DNA of 64,000 bases from Limisphaerales bacterium (GTDB taxonomy: Bacteria; Verrucomicrobiota; Verrucomicrobiia; Limisphaerales; JAJOIW01), in the NCBI GenBank assembly GCA_965657355.1, contig CBFHOE010000004.1:111584-175583 (forward strand), written 5' to 3'. Positions 20,808 to 31,348 of this stretch are shown one piece after another. A program made the position numbers and the translations under genes. The notes beneath the pieces are model-generated. The model did no database searches. It was not told the origin of the DNA and worked only from the letters and a program-made list of their open reading frames with translations. Each line of letters begins with the position of its first letter. Position 1 is the stretch's first letter.

Positions 20808-22619
20808 ATGGACCAAGGCATTAAGAAGCAGCATTGGACGAAAATTTTATATCACATGGACACATCGCCCATCACTTTACCTAAGCCTATTCCGACTTCC
20901 CGCTTCAGGCAGCCAAAGAAAAACATACCTCAGACCATTGAGGAGAGAAATAGTATACTTCAAGTGGTGCGTGACTATGTCGCAAAGCATAAACCTGTTC
21001 CTCCACAGCCAGCACAGGACTTAAAGGTTCACGCAAGTGCTATTATAGAGGACATTGGATGCGATCCCATATATCGCGATTATATCGGGGTTTTGATCAA
21101 TAATGAAATTTGGAGGGAATCTCTCGCCTCCATTCCTTTTGAGAGACGCCTTCTTCTCATTCCCAAATGTTTGAGAGTCGAGGAAAAATGTCCCGCTCCA
21201 TTTGATGAATTTGGGCTTCTTTGCAAGCAATGCGGCCTTTGCTCAATTCAAGACTTTCAAAACGAGGCGGAGAAGCTCGGGTATGCGGTTCTCGTAGCTG
21301 AGGGCTCAGCAATTGTCATGTCTCTTATTCAGACAGGAAAAATTGAAGCAATTGTAGGCGTTAGTTGCCTGAGCGTCTTGGAACGGAGTTTTCCATATAT
21401 GGAAGCTGCGGCCATCCCCGGAATCGCGATACCGCTTCTGCAGGATGACTGCATTGACTGCACAGTGGATCAAGATTGGGTTTGGGATGTCATTCACCTT
21501 ACTAGCGATGACAAGACAAGGAGAATGGACCTCACTGCAATTCGGGAAGATGTAGATTCATGGTTTTCTGCAGAATCTCTTGAGACCATAATGGGGTCAT
21601 CCGATGGCCAAAGTGAGGATATTGCAAGGGATTGGCTCGGGAGATCAGGAAAGAGATGGCGCCCCTTTTTGACAGTTTCCGCATATAATGCCTTGAGAGA
21701 AAACCCGGAGGAGCAGATTCCCGAGTCTGTTAAGAAGATTGCTGTCGCGGTAGAATGTTTTCACAAAGCTTCTCTTATTCACGATGACATAGAAGATCAA
21801 GATGCCGAAAGGTACGGAGAGAAGACCCTTCATGAAGAATATGGCATTCCCGTGGCACTCAATATTGGGGACCTTCTTATTGGTGAAGGCTATAGACTCA
21901 TCGGTGAGTCCGGCTTTTCTGATACTCAGATACACGAAATGCTTAATGTGGCCTCAACAGGTCAAAGAGAATTGTGCAAAGGGCAGGGGAGTGAATTGAT
22001 CTGGACTAAGAATCCCAAACCGCTCTCCTCACGCCAGGTATTAGGAATTTTTCAGAAAAAAACGGCTCCTGCGTTTGAAGTCGCGCTCCGATTGGGAGCC
22101 ATTGCCTCTGGTCGGCACAATGAAGTAGACGACGCACTTGGTAAATATTCCGAGGCGCTTGGGATTGCATATCAGATTCGAGACGACCTCAATGATATCG
22201 AAGATGCTGGTGATCCAAATGATATAGAAGCTCTGCGTCCAAACATTTTAATGGGGATAGCCCATGAAAAAGCAAAGGGCCAAACCAAAGACATTTTCAA
22301 ATCTCTATGGGAAAGAAAAATTCCCGATGGTCTAACGCCTGAAAAAATTCGTGAACTTTACTCTGAAACAGGTGCAGTAGATCGGGCAAAATCTCTTCTC
22401 GAAACATACAAAGAAACGGCTATCCGATCTCTTGCAGAAGTCGAAGTGCCGAATCTTAAAGGTTTGCTAAGAAGGACGATCGGAAAAATTTTCAATGACA
22501 CCGAGATCAAAGGATGGTGTAAAGAATTTGAAGTTAAAAATGGCGTTAGAGGTGAAAATTCAAAAATGAGTGAATCTTCACAGGCGGAGGCAGAGCCGCC
22601 CATAGTGCCGTCAAAATAA
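20808..22619 (+). CDS. DUF116-like Cys-rich domain fused to a trans-polyprenyl diphosphate synthase
   Basis: N-terminal PKCLR..CPA..LCKQCGLC and GVSC. C-terminal GKRWRP, first Asp-rich motif HDDIED, GQ, KT and second motif QIRDDLND. Confidence 0.85.
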   Translation: MDQGIKKQHWTKILYHMDTSPITLPKPIPTSRFRQPKKNIPQTIEERNSILQVVRDYVAKHKPVPPQPAQDLKVHASAIIEDIGCDPIYRDYIGVLINNEIWRESLASIPFERRLLLIPKCLRVEEKCPAPFDEFGLLCKQCGLCSIQDFQNEAEKLGYAVLVAEGSAIVMSLIQTGKIEAIVGVSCLSVLERSFPYMEAAAIPGIAIPLLQDDCIDCTVDQDWVWDVIHLTSDDKTRRMDLTAIREDVDSWFSAESLETIMGSSDGQSEDIARDWLGRSGKRWRPFLTVSAYNALRENPEEQIPESVKKIAVAVECFHKASLIHDDIEDQDAERYGEKTLHEEYGIPVALNIGDLLIGEGYRLIGESGFSDTQIHEMLNVASTGQRELCKGQGSELIWTKNPKPLSSRQVLGIFQKKTAPAFEVALRLGAIASGRHNEVDDALGKYSEALGIAYQIRDDLNDIEDAGDPNDIEALRPNILMGIAHEKAKGQTKDIFKSLWERKIPDGLTPEKIRELYSETGAVDRAKSLLETYKETAIRSLAEVEVPNLKGLLRRTIGKIFNDTEIKGWCKEFEVKNGVRGENSKMSESSQAEAEPPIVPSK

Positions 22620-22721
22620 AATACCAATCAATCTTTTAAACATCACGGGTTTTGTCATGATGGCAACCTCCACGTCTCTTGTAGACCGTGCCCTGGTAAA
22701 TATAATTAGGGATTATGTTTT

Positions 22722-23549
22722 CTATGAACCGCTAAAGCTCATTAGAGAAATCTTCCAGCTCTTTAATTTGGGCATCCACATCTCTTTATCAAGGAGAAGG
22801 GTCATGCCGGCTTCAAATACAAGATTGTTTATCCCATTTTCCGCACACTTCTCAAGAGTTGTGTAGCCTAGGCACGGGATATCAAATCGCATGTCGTGGT
22901 TTTTCTTGGCTACCTTAACAGCTGTTGCTCCACCTTTTTTTCCAGCTAATAATCCCCCCCTAATCAAACACTGGTCAGTGCCTTCGAAGCCCTCCACTGC
23001 TAGAACTGTGCCTTGCTTAACCACAACCGTTTGACCAATTTCCAGCTCGGAAATAGATTTGGCTATTCGGAATCCAAACTCAGCTTCATCTCGATCTTCT
23101 GGGGAGAGTCTTCTGCCTTCATGATAGCCATCACCTGGCATGAACGATTTTAAAAATGGGGCTGCTGAGATTAAAGTTATTCCTTCGGACTGTAATTCTT
23201 CAGCTATAGCTCCAAAAATTGTATGGGCATTCTTTTCCTTTAATTTAAATAGTAGACTGGCTCCTCGAATGTCGGGCTGGACTTTGAATAAATTTTTAGG
23301 AGCCACTTGCCCAAGCATAACACATTTGGATACCCCTTTTTTCTTAAAAGCGTTGATCAATTTCCCCAATTTCCCCACTTTTATCCAGATTGTTTCATCT
23401 GCTAAGTTCTCCATTTCTGGGTCGGTTTCCCCCTCAAAAGCAACGCATATAATTGAAGAAATTCCCATAGCTCTTGCTTCTTGCGTGAATAATTTTGGTA
23501 ACGACCGACTCCCTGCTATTATTCCAATTTTTTCTATATTATTATGCAT
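22722..23549 (-). CDS. lpxI: UDP-2,3-diacylglucosamine diphosphatase LpxI
   Basis: IGIIAGSRSLP, IGQTVVVK..VLAVEGFEGTD and DMRFDIPCLG. Confidence 0.9.
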   Translation of the reverse strand: MHNNIEKIGIIAGSRSLPKLFTQEARAMGISSIICVAFEGETDPEMENLADETIWIKVGKLGKLINAFKKKGVSKCVMLGQVAPKNLFKVQPDIRGASLLFKLKEKNAHTIFGAIAEELQSEGITLISAAPFLKSFMPGDGYHEGRRLSPEDRDEAEFGFRIAKSISELEIGQTVVVKQGTVLAVEGFEGTDQCLIRGGLLAGKKGGATAVKVAKKNHDMRFDIPCLGYTTLEKCAENGINNLVFEAGMTLLLDKEMWMPKLKSWKISLMSFSGS

Positions 23550-23631
23550 GACTGGCTATAGATAGTGACTTATCTTTCTGGCCAATGCTTGGCCTTAGGA
23601 TCAGTCTTCTACTATACTCATACCCTGAGAT

Positions 23632-26118
23632 ATGAAAAATTGGAAAGAGGAACTGAGTGGTCCGTCGCTGACTTCATACAAATCGCCGGAGAGAATCACC
23701 CGGTTGTGGCCATTTGTTGCTCTTACTTTCATTTATCTCGGATTAATTTTTTCTTTTATTTCTTATTATAACCAAAAATTTGAGCTCAAAGTTCTCTCAG
23801 CCAATAGCGTGTCTACATTGAGTTTGAAACTTCGAGTTTTTATCGAAAAATCTGACTCGATCTTGCTTAACTCCGATAACCCTGAGATTGAAACTTATAT
23901 TTCTAACTTAATTAATGACACTACAGAAATAACAACAAGGTTTTCAACTTCTCGGGCTACCCTTGATTCTGTCTTGCCTGAATCATTGCGGCGCAGGCTT
24001 CACGATGGAAATCAACTGTGGAATACTTTTGCCAACGAGGTTATGCAAGGAATTGATACTGGCATTTCCGGCCCGTCTGGTAGGGAAAGATTTATTGTAA
24101 ATTTAAAATACCGAAAGAGGATTCATGCTAATAAGCTCGAAAACGTGAGGCAGGTCCTTGGTCTTGCTGAAACAAAAATGAAATCAACTTTGATTCGGTA
24201 TCAAACGGATCTCACACTTTGGCTGATTTTTATATTTGCGACTTATATAATAATTATTTTTGTGATGCAAAGTCACCCATTGCTAGCCATGCGATACAGG
24301 CAGAACGAATTGCCGGGATTTTTAATTAGACCAAGCCGTCGAATTTACGAGGAAACCAGTCATAATTCAGCGACTACTACTGCCAGTGAGAGCCAGATCA
24401 GTATGCCCAGGAATAATTATGATGATCTTCAAGTTCAGCTCAATGAGAAGAATAAGGAATGTGCCCAACTAAACCGAATTATAAAGGATCTCCAATTGGA
24501 AAAGAGTCACAAACAATCATCTGACTCTCAGGTTATCGAGGAAAGAAGTGAATTCTTGGCCAAACTTTCCCATGAAATTAGGACTCCTTTAAGTGGGATA
24601 GTGGGGATGGTCGAGCTCTTACATGAAACCCCATTAAACAAGGAACAAGAAGAGATTGTTTCCATCCTAAAATCCAGTAATAGAAACATGATGCACCTCG
24701 TCAATAACAGGATTGATTTTGACTCCGATAAGAAATTCGATAAAGAAATTAAAAGCGATGACAGCGAGTTCAATTTAAATGACGTGGTTACCGAAGCGGT
24801 TTTTTTATTTGCCGAAAAAGCTTACAAAAAAGGTCTTGAGCTCGAACTCAATGTTTCGGCTATCACGCCTGAAATGGTTTATGGAAATCGAAATGGACTC
24901 TACCAGGTAATTGTGAACCTGATCGTTCATGCTATAAGCCACACTGATCAAGGAGGAATTATAGTCAAGGTCTCAAAAGATAATAATAAGAAATCTAGTG
25001 GGGTAGCACACGTCATAATTTCTGTTTCTGATATAGGAATCGGTGGTCAGAAAAGTATTAAAAATACACTATTTGAAAATCCTGATGGCGAATATGGCTC
25101 TCTGTTTGTAAATAACATAGAGGCTGATTTAAAATTGGTCACCTTAAAGGAACAACTCAACCAAATCGGTGGCAATATTACTTTCAAATCTCAGCCCAAA
25201 GGGGGAAGCCAATTCAAGATAGAGATTCCATTCGAGCTAGTCGCCACGAAAAGAATAAGTAGCTCTTTCGCAAAGTATCCCGAAATCAAAATTTTTTGCG
25301 CTACACAGTCGTCCATTTTAAAACCCATTATCCTGAGTCATTCCAGGATATTTAAGTTTCAATCCATGTTTTTTGAAAATTTGGATGAACTTCTGTCTCA
25401 ACTCGTTTCCAATATATCCAAAAATGAAAGAATTGACGCAGTATTTATAGACGAATCAATTGTCGGGACGGATGAGTTATGGGGCTTTTTGAAAAAGGTA
25501 GATGATAAAATTCAATCGTTAAAAATGGCAGATAATGTAACCCTAAGCAAAATCATACTGTCACCAATAGCCTTTAAAAAAATTGATCAGAATATTTTAA
25601 GTAAGACAAAGAATACTGGAATTTTATACCGTCCAATAAGACTTAGGAATTTAGCCTTCCTTTTGAACCAGATGGAACATAAGCATAAGCGCCCAATCCT
25701 GCTGGACAACCAAAGACATGGTAAGCGTGTTGTGCCTGATCTAAATTTAAAAGTCCTTGCTGTCGAAGACACCTCTCTGAGTCAGGAATTATTTAGTAAG
25801 CAGCTGGAATTATTGGGAGTTGAATTTGAAGTAGTTTCCAATGGCGAAAAGGCTGTAGAAGTCCAGAAGATGTCGGATTTTCATATCATTCTCATGGATT
25901 GTAATCTACCTGGAATGGATGGTTTCGAAGCAACGAGACTCATACGCCAAAGTTCAAACGGTTCCGAAATATGTATAATTGGAGTTACTGCTGACTCAAA
26001 TCCTGAATCCAAGAATAAAGCATTGAAAGCAGGGATGGACGATTTTCTAACGAAGCCAATTAACTTGCAACAATTGGAATCAGCAATCTTTTCATGTTTT
26101 CCTGAATTCCTTTTCTAG
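23632..26118 (+). CDS. Membrane hybrid histidine kinase/response regulator with degenerate HATPase domain
   Basis: Two TM helices, coiled coil, H-box LSHEIRTPLSG and an intact C-terminal receiver. N-box and G2-box are altered. Confidence 0.88.
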   Translation: MKNWKEELSGPSLTSYKSPERITRLWPFVALTFIYLGLIFSFISYYNQKFELKVLSANSVSTLSLKLRVFIEKSDSILLNSDNPEIETYISNLINDTTEITTRFSTSRATLDSVLPESLRRRLHDGNQLWNTFANEVMQGIDTGISGPSGRERFIVNLKYRKRIHANKLENVRQVLGLAETKMKSTLIRYQTDLTLWLIFIFATYIIIIFVMQSHPLLAMRYRQNELPGFLIRPSRRIYEETSHNSATTTASESQISMPRNNYDDLQVQLNEKNKECAQLNRIIKDLQLEKSHKQSSDSQVIEERSEFLAKLSHEIRTPLSGIVGMVELLHETPLNKEQEEIVSILKSSNRNMMHLVNNRIDFDSDKKFDKEIKSDDSEFNLNDVVTEAVFLFAEKAYKKGLELELNVSAITPEMVYGNRNGLYQVIVNLIVHAISHTDQGGIIVKVSKDNNKKSSGVAHVIISVSDIGIGGQKSIKNTLFENPDGEYGSLFVNNIEADLKLVTLKEQLNQIGGNITFKSQPKGGSQFKIEIPFELVATKRISSSFAKYPEIKIFCATQSSILKPIILSHSRIFKFQSMFFENLDELLSQLVSNISKNERIDAVFIDESIVGTDELWGFLKKVDDKIQSLKMADNVTLSKIILSPIAFKKIDQNILSKTKNTGILYRPIRLRNLAFLLNQMEHKHKRPILLDNQRHGKRVVPDLNLKVLAVEDTSLSQELFSKQLELLGVEFEVVSNGEKAVEVQKMSDFHIILMDCNLPGMDGFEATRLIRQSSNGSEICIIGVTADSNPESKNKALKAGMDDFLTKPINLQQLESAIFSCFPEFLF

Positions 26119-27128
26119 GAGCTCTTCTTAAAGATACCATTAAATTGTAGCCCTAAGATAACTTGCCCTGGAGATAAACCAAATTTCATTAAAAACCATC
26201 TGACTGATTTAATCTTCCAAATTGACGAAACTATTTTTGCTAGAGACTCGAATCGCTGTCCACCCATACGTCCAGACTGCAATTTATAATCATAATATCG
26301 AGGGAAGAATAATTCGCCCTTTAGTCCGTGCTTTTTAAAGGCGCTTTTATATTTAAAAGCAGAATATTCATTTTCATTGATATCTGAGTTTCTGTTTTCC
26401 TTGGACCCGTCCTCTCTTTTTGAGAAATTTTTAAGAAGCCCAGCAACGGGTTCATTCACTGCGATGACTTTTCCTCCTGGTTTCAAAACCCGGGATGCCT
26501 CGCTTGTTACTTTGTCTAAATCATTGGAGTGGTGTAAAGTAGCCGAGAAGATAATGATATCGAATCTTTCATTGGAATATGGAAGATTGTTCATATCACC
26601 CAGAACCCTTATGGGAAGTTTTTTGGTTTGTTCCTTGCTATCAATCGAAAAATAAATATTGGTCGCAAAACACTCGCAACCCAGTTCGGAAAAGTAATTC
26701 AGGAATGGGTGATTGAGTTCACTTCCAACTTCGAGGACCTTCTCGTTGCCCTGGATTTTAATCTTCTCTATAGCCTGTTTAAAATGCAAAAGGCAGGACC
26801 CGTAATAGTCAAAAATCATATCTTTTGACATCTCACAGCGCTCTTCAAATGAGTCTACCTTTTCAATCGTGTGAACTTTGAATTGCTCCGGATTTAAACT
26901 TGTGCGTCCGGTTTCCTCGATCATGCCCAGTAACTCATTTCTAGTATCATTGCTCAGATCATAGAGGCCATCGATAATACCGTTATTTATAGGGTAACTC
27001 GTTTCACACGACTTACAGACATATTTGGTGTTTGCATCGTCATAATTCATAGGAAAGCTGGAGCACCGTAAGCACCTAAGGTCATTTCCTGCATATTGGT
27101 AGTTTTGTTCTGGTCCCTTAAATTCCAT
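26115..27128 (-). CDS. Class I SAM-dependent methyltransferase with N-terminal Trm112-like zinc ribbon
   Basis: CLRC..CKSC..YPI..GI at the N-terminus. VLEVGS, GDMNNLPY..FDII, LHH and RVLKPGG. Confidence 0.85.
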   Translation of the reverse strand: MEFKGPEQNYQYAGNDLRCLRCSSFPMNYDDANTKYVCKSCETSYPINNGIIDGLYDLSNDTRNELLGMIEETGRTSLNPEQFKVHTIEKVDSFEERCEMSKDMIFDYYGSCLLHFKQAIEKIKIQGNEKVLEVGSELNHPFLNYFSELGCECFATNIYFSIDSKEQTKKLPIRVLGDMNNLPYSNERFDIIIFSATLHHSNDLDKVTSEASRVLKPGGKVIAVNEPVAGLLKNFSKREDGSKENRNSDINENEYSAFKYKSAFKKHGLKGELFFPRYYDYKLQSGRMGGQRFESLAKIVSSIWKIKSVRWFLMKFGLSPGQVILGLQFNGIFKKSS

Positions 27129-27207
27129 GAATCTACTGCAATTTTTATATGCTTTTTTACCCTGAAAAATAAGCTGCCAATTCCTCTTTGGAAAGCGCAG
27201 CGCCGTG

Positions 27208-28278
27208 TCACTTTAAGCAAGATTTAAAATCTGCAATCAACCTATCAACGTCTTCTTCCTGCGTGTCCCATGAGCACATCAATCGATAGCCATCCTCGCC
27301 AATAAAATTATAAAAAATCCAACCCTTTCTATACATTTTCTCAACAATGTTTTTGGGTATTGCTGCGAAAATGGAGTTTGCCTGGCATGGGAATAAAACC
27401 TTTATTTCTGAGATTTCCCGGATTCTGGAATCTAACTTTTTGGCCATCTCATTTGAGTGGTTTGCATTTTTCAACCAAGTGTCATTTTTTAATAACCCAA
27501 TCCAGGGTGCTGATAAGAATCGCATTTTCGAGGCAAGCTGTCCTGATTGCTTGCACCTATAATCAAATTCATGGGCTAGCTCCTGATTAAAAAATACGAC
27601 CGCTTCCCCGATCCCGATCCCATTTTTAGTTCCACCGAAGCACAAAACATCCACGCCGGCTTTCCAAGTGATTTCCTTGGGCTGTATACCCAATGCGGTT
27701 ACTGCATTTGCAAATCGAGCCCCGTCCATATGCAATAATAAACCATGTTTTCTGGTCATTTCATGGATGGATTGCAATTCTTCAACGGAGTAAACTGTTC
27801 CGAATTCAGTGGCTTGCGTCAATGAGATTGCTCTCGGTTTTGGATAGTGAAGATCATTTCGTTTTAAAATTTCAGATTCGATTGCTGATGAGTTTAATTT
27901 TCCATTCTCTCCCTCGAGTAGAATAACTTTTGCGCCATTGGAAAAAAACTCAGGTGCACCGCATTCATCACGTTCAAGGTGAGCGTACTTGTGACACAAT
28001 ATGCTGTGGTAGCTCTGGCACATAGACGACAGCGAAAGAGAATTTGCCGCGGTCCCGTTGAAAACAAAATATACCTGACAATCGGTTTCAAAAATATCTC
28101 GGATTTGATTTGCAACCGATTCAGTCCAAGTGTCCTCTCCATACCCCCTGGAGTGGCCGATATTGCAATTTTCAAATGCAGTCCACGCTTCTGGGCAAAT
28201 GCCGGAGTAATTATCACTGGCAAACTGCCTGTTCAGCGGCTCCTCATGATTTACTATAAAATTTTCGCCCATCCACAA
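27208..28278 (-). CDS. ltaE: Low-specificity L-threonine aldolase
   Basis: FASDNY, VFNGTAANSL, DECGAPEFF, HMDGARFANA and GGTKNG (PLP Lys). Confidence 0.9.
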   Translation of the reverse strand: MWMGENFIVNHEEPLNRQFASDNYSGICPEAWTAFENCNIGHSRGYGEDTWTESVANQIRDIFETDCQVYFVFNGTAANSLSLSSMCQSYHSILCHKYAHLERDECGAPEFFSNGAKVILLEGENGKLNSSAIESEILKRNDLHYPKPRAISLTQATEFGTVYSVEELQSIHEMTRKHGLLLHMDGARFANAVTALGIQPKEITWKAGVDVLCFGGTKNGIGIGEAVVFFNQELAHEFDYRCKQSGQLASKMRFLSAPWIGLLKNDTWLKNANHSNEMAKKLDSRIREISEIKVLFPCQANSIFAAIPKNIVEKMYRKGWIFYNFIGEDGYRLMCSWDTQEEDVDRLIADFKSCLK

Positions 28279-28365
28279 ACCAAAATACAGACTTCTGACC
28301 GATGGTCCGAGATCAAAATTGTGCCAGTCGTTAAATCCTTATAATTTGTACATTCTCACAATTCA

Positions 28366-29262
28366 TCATTTTTGACTGGCAAATATAGCTAATAGCACAG
28401 CGCCGGTCATAATAAGCGTGCCGGTAACTCGAAGTATCCAACCCCGGCCGCTAGATTTTTTTTCTGAATTTGTGAAATACTGGCCTAGAAACCATACAAT
28501 GATGAGGGCCCACAAGCCTCGAGATGAATAAACGACATTAACTCCAGTTGGATTATTAAAAAAACCAATCGAAATGCCCATAAGCATGGCTTGAATTGTT
28601 GTCCAAATCGCTCCTAGGCAAATGCTTTTGGTAGCCTTTTTGCCCATCTTTGAAAGAGGTGCCTTAAAAAAAGGAATGAGCCCAAATGAATACAAAGCGG
28701 CCACCAAAAACATTACCGCATTAAATCCAAAGACCCCAAAATCCTTAGCCCACCGTGCAACAAGCGTATCGCAAATACCGAAAAAACTTGCCGAGATGAT
28801 GGTATAGATAACACCTTTACTAATGATTTCACCAGGCTTCAAATTGCTCCACCCCAATATAAAAATGGCAATTGCTGTCATAAATGCCGCCGCCCACATT
28901 CCTGCAGGTAAACCTTTGTCGTGCAGATATAAGGATGAAGTTAGAGCGACAAATATAGTTTTTGTGCCCAAAATGGGAGTTACTAATGAAACATCAGAAA
29001 CACGTATGCCTAAAAATGTAAATAAATGCCCAAAAAAGAATAAAGTTCCGACCAGTATGGGTTGCCATACATCCCCCCAAGGGCGATCAAAACCATCAAT
29101 GAACGCCAGTGGTATGAATCCAAAAGCCAAGAACCAATTATTGATGAAAAATGTTCTCATCAAACCGGCCCCATTTTTAAATCCTTGTTTATAATACAAT
29201 GCCCCGACCGCATAGAATACAGCCGCAAAAAAAGGAAGCCAGAGGTAGGTGGGCTGATTCAA
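28366..29262 (-). CDS. DMT/EamA family transporter
   Basis: 298 aa with about 10 TM helices in two repeats. DVSLVTP and NVVYSSRG motifs. Confidence 0.8.
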   Translation of the reverse strand: MNQPTYLWLPFFAAVFYAVGALYYKQGFKNGAGLMRTFFINNWFLAFGFIPLAFIDGFDRPWGDVWQPILVGTLFFFGHLFTFLGIRVSDVSLVTPILGTKTIFVALTSSLYLHDKGLPAGMWAAAFMTAIAIFILGWSNLKPGEIISKGVIYTIISASFFGICDTLVARWAKDFGVFGFNAVMFLVAALYSFGLIPFFKAPLSKMGKKATKSICLGAIWTTIQAMLMGISIGFFNNPTGVNVVYSSRGLWALIIVWFLGQYFTNSEKKSSGRGWILRVTGTLIMTGAVLLAIFASQK

Positions 29263-29297
29263 AATCAGATATATTTATAGAAATTCGGGTATTATCC

Positions 29298-30386
29298 TCA
29301 AACAGGGCGATACCAATTATCTCTCTGTAGCGGTTGGTATCCTAAATCTGAAATAAGTCTTTTCATATCCTCAACAGTCATTTGAAACGTCGTGCCCGCT
29401 TTCGATACGACATTTTCTTCAATCATTATACTGCCTAGGTCATTAGCTCCATATTTTAAGGCAACTTGACCAACCTCTAGACCCTGAGTAACCCAGGAAC
29501 TTTGAATGTTATCAATATTATCCAGATAAATACGGCTTAAGGCTTGCGTCTTAAGATACTCATGGGCCCCAACTGGATCGGCTTTTAATCGCGTATTATC
29601 TGCCTGAAAGGTCCAGCATATAAAAGCTGTAAAACCCTTGGATTTATCTTGTTGCTGTCGAACTCTCTCCAAATGCTCTAATCGATGTCGTAGATTTTCG
29701 ACGTGACCAAACATCATCGTGACAGAACTTGCGAGACCCAAATCATGGGCTACGTCCATGACTTCTAGCCAGTCGTTAGACATTGCTTTGAGGGGGGCAA
29801 TCTTATTACGAATGCTATCAACTAGAATTTCTCCACCGCCACCAGGGATAGAGCCGAGGCCTGCATCGCGGAATTTTATCAACAGTTCTCTTATTGGCAT
29901 GTCAAAGACGTCTCGGAAATGAATAAATTCGCTTGGACTGAACGCATGGATGTTGAGCGCAGGAAACTTGTCTTTGATATGAGACAGTAAATCCAGATAC
30001 CAATTTAAGCTGAGTGAAGGGTGATGCCCACCCTGCATCAATATTTGAGTGCCTCCTAGGTCTATAGTTTCCTGGATTTTTTGATCGATCTCATCGTGCG
30101 AAATAACGTAGGCATCAGGTTTCGATTCGGTCCTGTAGAACGCACAAAACTTGCAATAGACATTACAAATGTTCGTGTAATTTATGTTACGATCGACGAT
30201 GTAAGTGACAATTTCATTTCCACGCCCGTCGAAGGCTCCTTCCTTGGCCAATTGGCGGCGTCTATTTGCGAGTATAGCGAGTTCCTCTAATGGCGAATTA
30301 TAGAGGACCTCGGCTTCACTTAAGCTGATTCTTTCTCCCTTCCACACCTTGTGCAGAAGGGCATCACTGGATCGGGTGGCAACCAT
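29298..30386 (-). CDS. mqnC: Cyclic dehypoxanthinyl futalosine synthase (radical SAM, futalosine menaquinone pathway)
   Basis: DRNINYTNIC..YCKFCAF (CxxxCxxC), QGGHHP, PGGGGEIL, NIQSSWVTQG and GANDLGSIMIEENVV. Confidence 0.88.
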   Translation of the reverse strand: MVATRSSDALLHKVWKGERISLSEAEVLYNSPLEELAILANRRRQLAKEGAFDGRGNEIVTYIVDRNINYTNICNVYCKFCAFYRTESKPDAYVISHDEIDQKIQETIDLGGTQILMQGGHHPSLSLNWYLDLLSHIKDKFPALNIHAFSPSEFIHFRDVFDMPIRELLIKFRDAGLGSIPGGGGEILVDSIRNKIAPLKAMSNDWLEVMDVAHDLGLASSVTMMFGHVENLRHRLEHLERVRQQQDKSKGFTAFICWTFQADNTRLKADPVGAHEYLKTQALSRIYLDNIDNIQSSWVTQGLEVGQVALKYGANDLGSIMIEENVVSKAGTTFQMTVEDMKRLISDLGYQPLQRDNWYRPV

Positions 30387-30543
30387 TACCTATAATTTAT
30401 CTCAGGAACTAAAATCCACAAGATACTATCGATTTTTGAGATTTTGCCTTGAAAAGCTTTCCCTATACAAAATCAAAAGTTATGACGATTTCTTGACTTT
30501 GCCCGCATCTTTCAACCACTACCATATTGTAAGTCATTCGCAC

Positions 30544-30792
30544 ATGGATCACGAAATCTTCCTCCCGCAATGGTTCATTAGGCATTTTTATTTGTTAAAG
30601 GCGGATTCTCTGAGGACATTGCTAAACTGGACTGAATTGGTCGCTCTGCAAATTTTCCAAGAGTCAAATTCACTCACAATGAATAGGCCAGGGCGGGACG
30701 CTCTTCTCAGGCATAATAGCTATTGTGGACGCCTTCATGGAATGCGAAGAGCTGCGATAATTAGTCTATTAGAATACCACAAATCGAGGTGA
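30544..30792 (+). CDS. Possible small hypothetical protein (82 aa)
   Basis: ATG-started part of ORF 30349-30792 that fills the gap between mqnC and the tRNA. No recognisable motif. Confidence 0.3.
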   Translation: MDHEIFLPQWFIRHFYLLKADSLRTLLNWTELVALQIFQESNSLTMNRPGRDALLRHNSYCGRLHGMRRAAIISLLEYHKSR

Positions 30793-30917
30793 AACTTATG
30801 CTAAAACTTCGTCGTTTATTGCATCTTCTAACACAAATTAACATATTCTGCGTGTTTGTATAAAAGTAGAAAGTTGACGAAAATTGCGGGATTTTTGTTG
30901 GAAAAGGTTGAAAAAAG

Positions 30918-30992
<75 letters not shown>

Positions 30993-31038
30993 GAAAAGCT
31001 TGTGCGCTGAACGCAAGGGCTAATGTGATTACTTGATA

Positions 31039-31239
31039 ATGAACGAATATGCAAGAGCGAAATTCATTTGCTACAAAAGAAGGTCGGAATCTCTTGAGCC
31101 TGATAATTTCCGAGATTCCGACCTTGAGCAGCTCTTTTACCAAAAGGTTGCAAATTTTTGCATGTTGCCATCTTGCATGGCTCTCCCAGGTGACCGGTTG
31201 CGAACTTTATTGAAGGGGAAAAAATTCGCTGTTTTTTGA
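31039..31239 (+). CDS. Possible small hypothetical protein (66 aa)
   Basis: Short ORF in the gap between the tRNA and the nucleotidyltransferase. No motif. Confidence 0.2.
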   Translation: MNEYARAKFICYKRRSESLEPDNFRDSDLEQLFYQKVANFCMLPSCMALPGDRLRTLLKGKKFAVF

Positions 31240-31348
31240 GGTTCTAGGACTAGAAGTTAAAAATTTGCTACCTCTAAATATGAATTCGTATTTTGGATTA
31301 TATTATTTCAAATTTTTTGAAAAAGATTCAGGAAGGATGGTCTGAATT

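Noticed and set aside
31242..31255. TTCTAG-GA-CTAGAA short palindrome
   Set aside because: Too short and AT-rich to be significant, and it has no terminator geometry.
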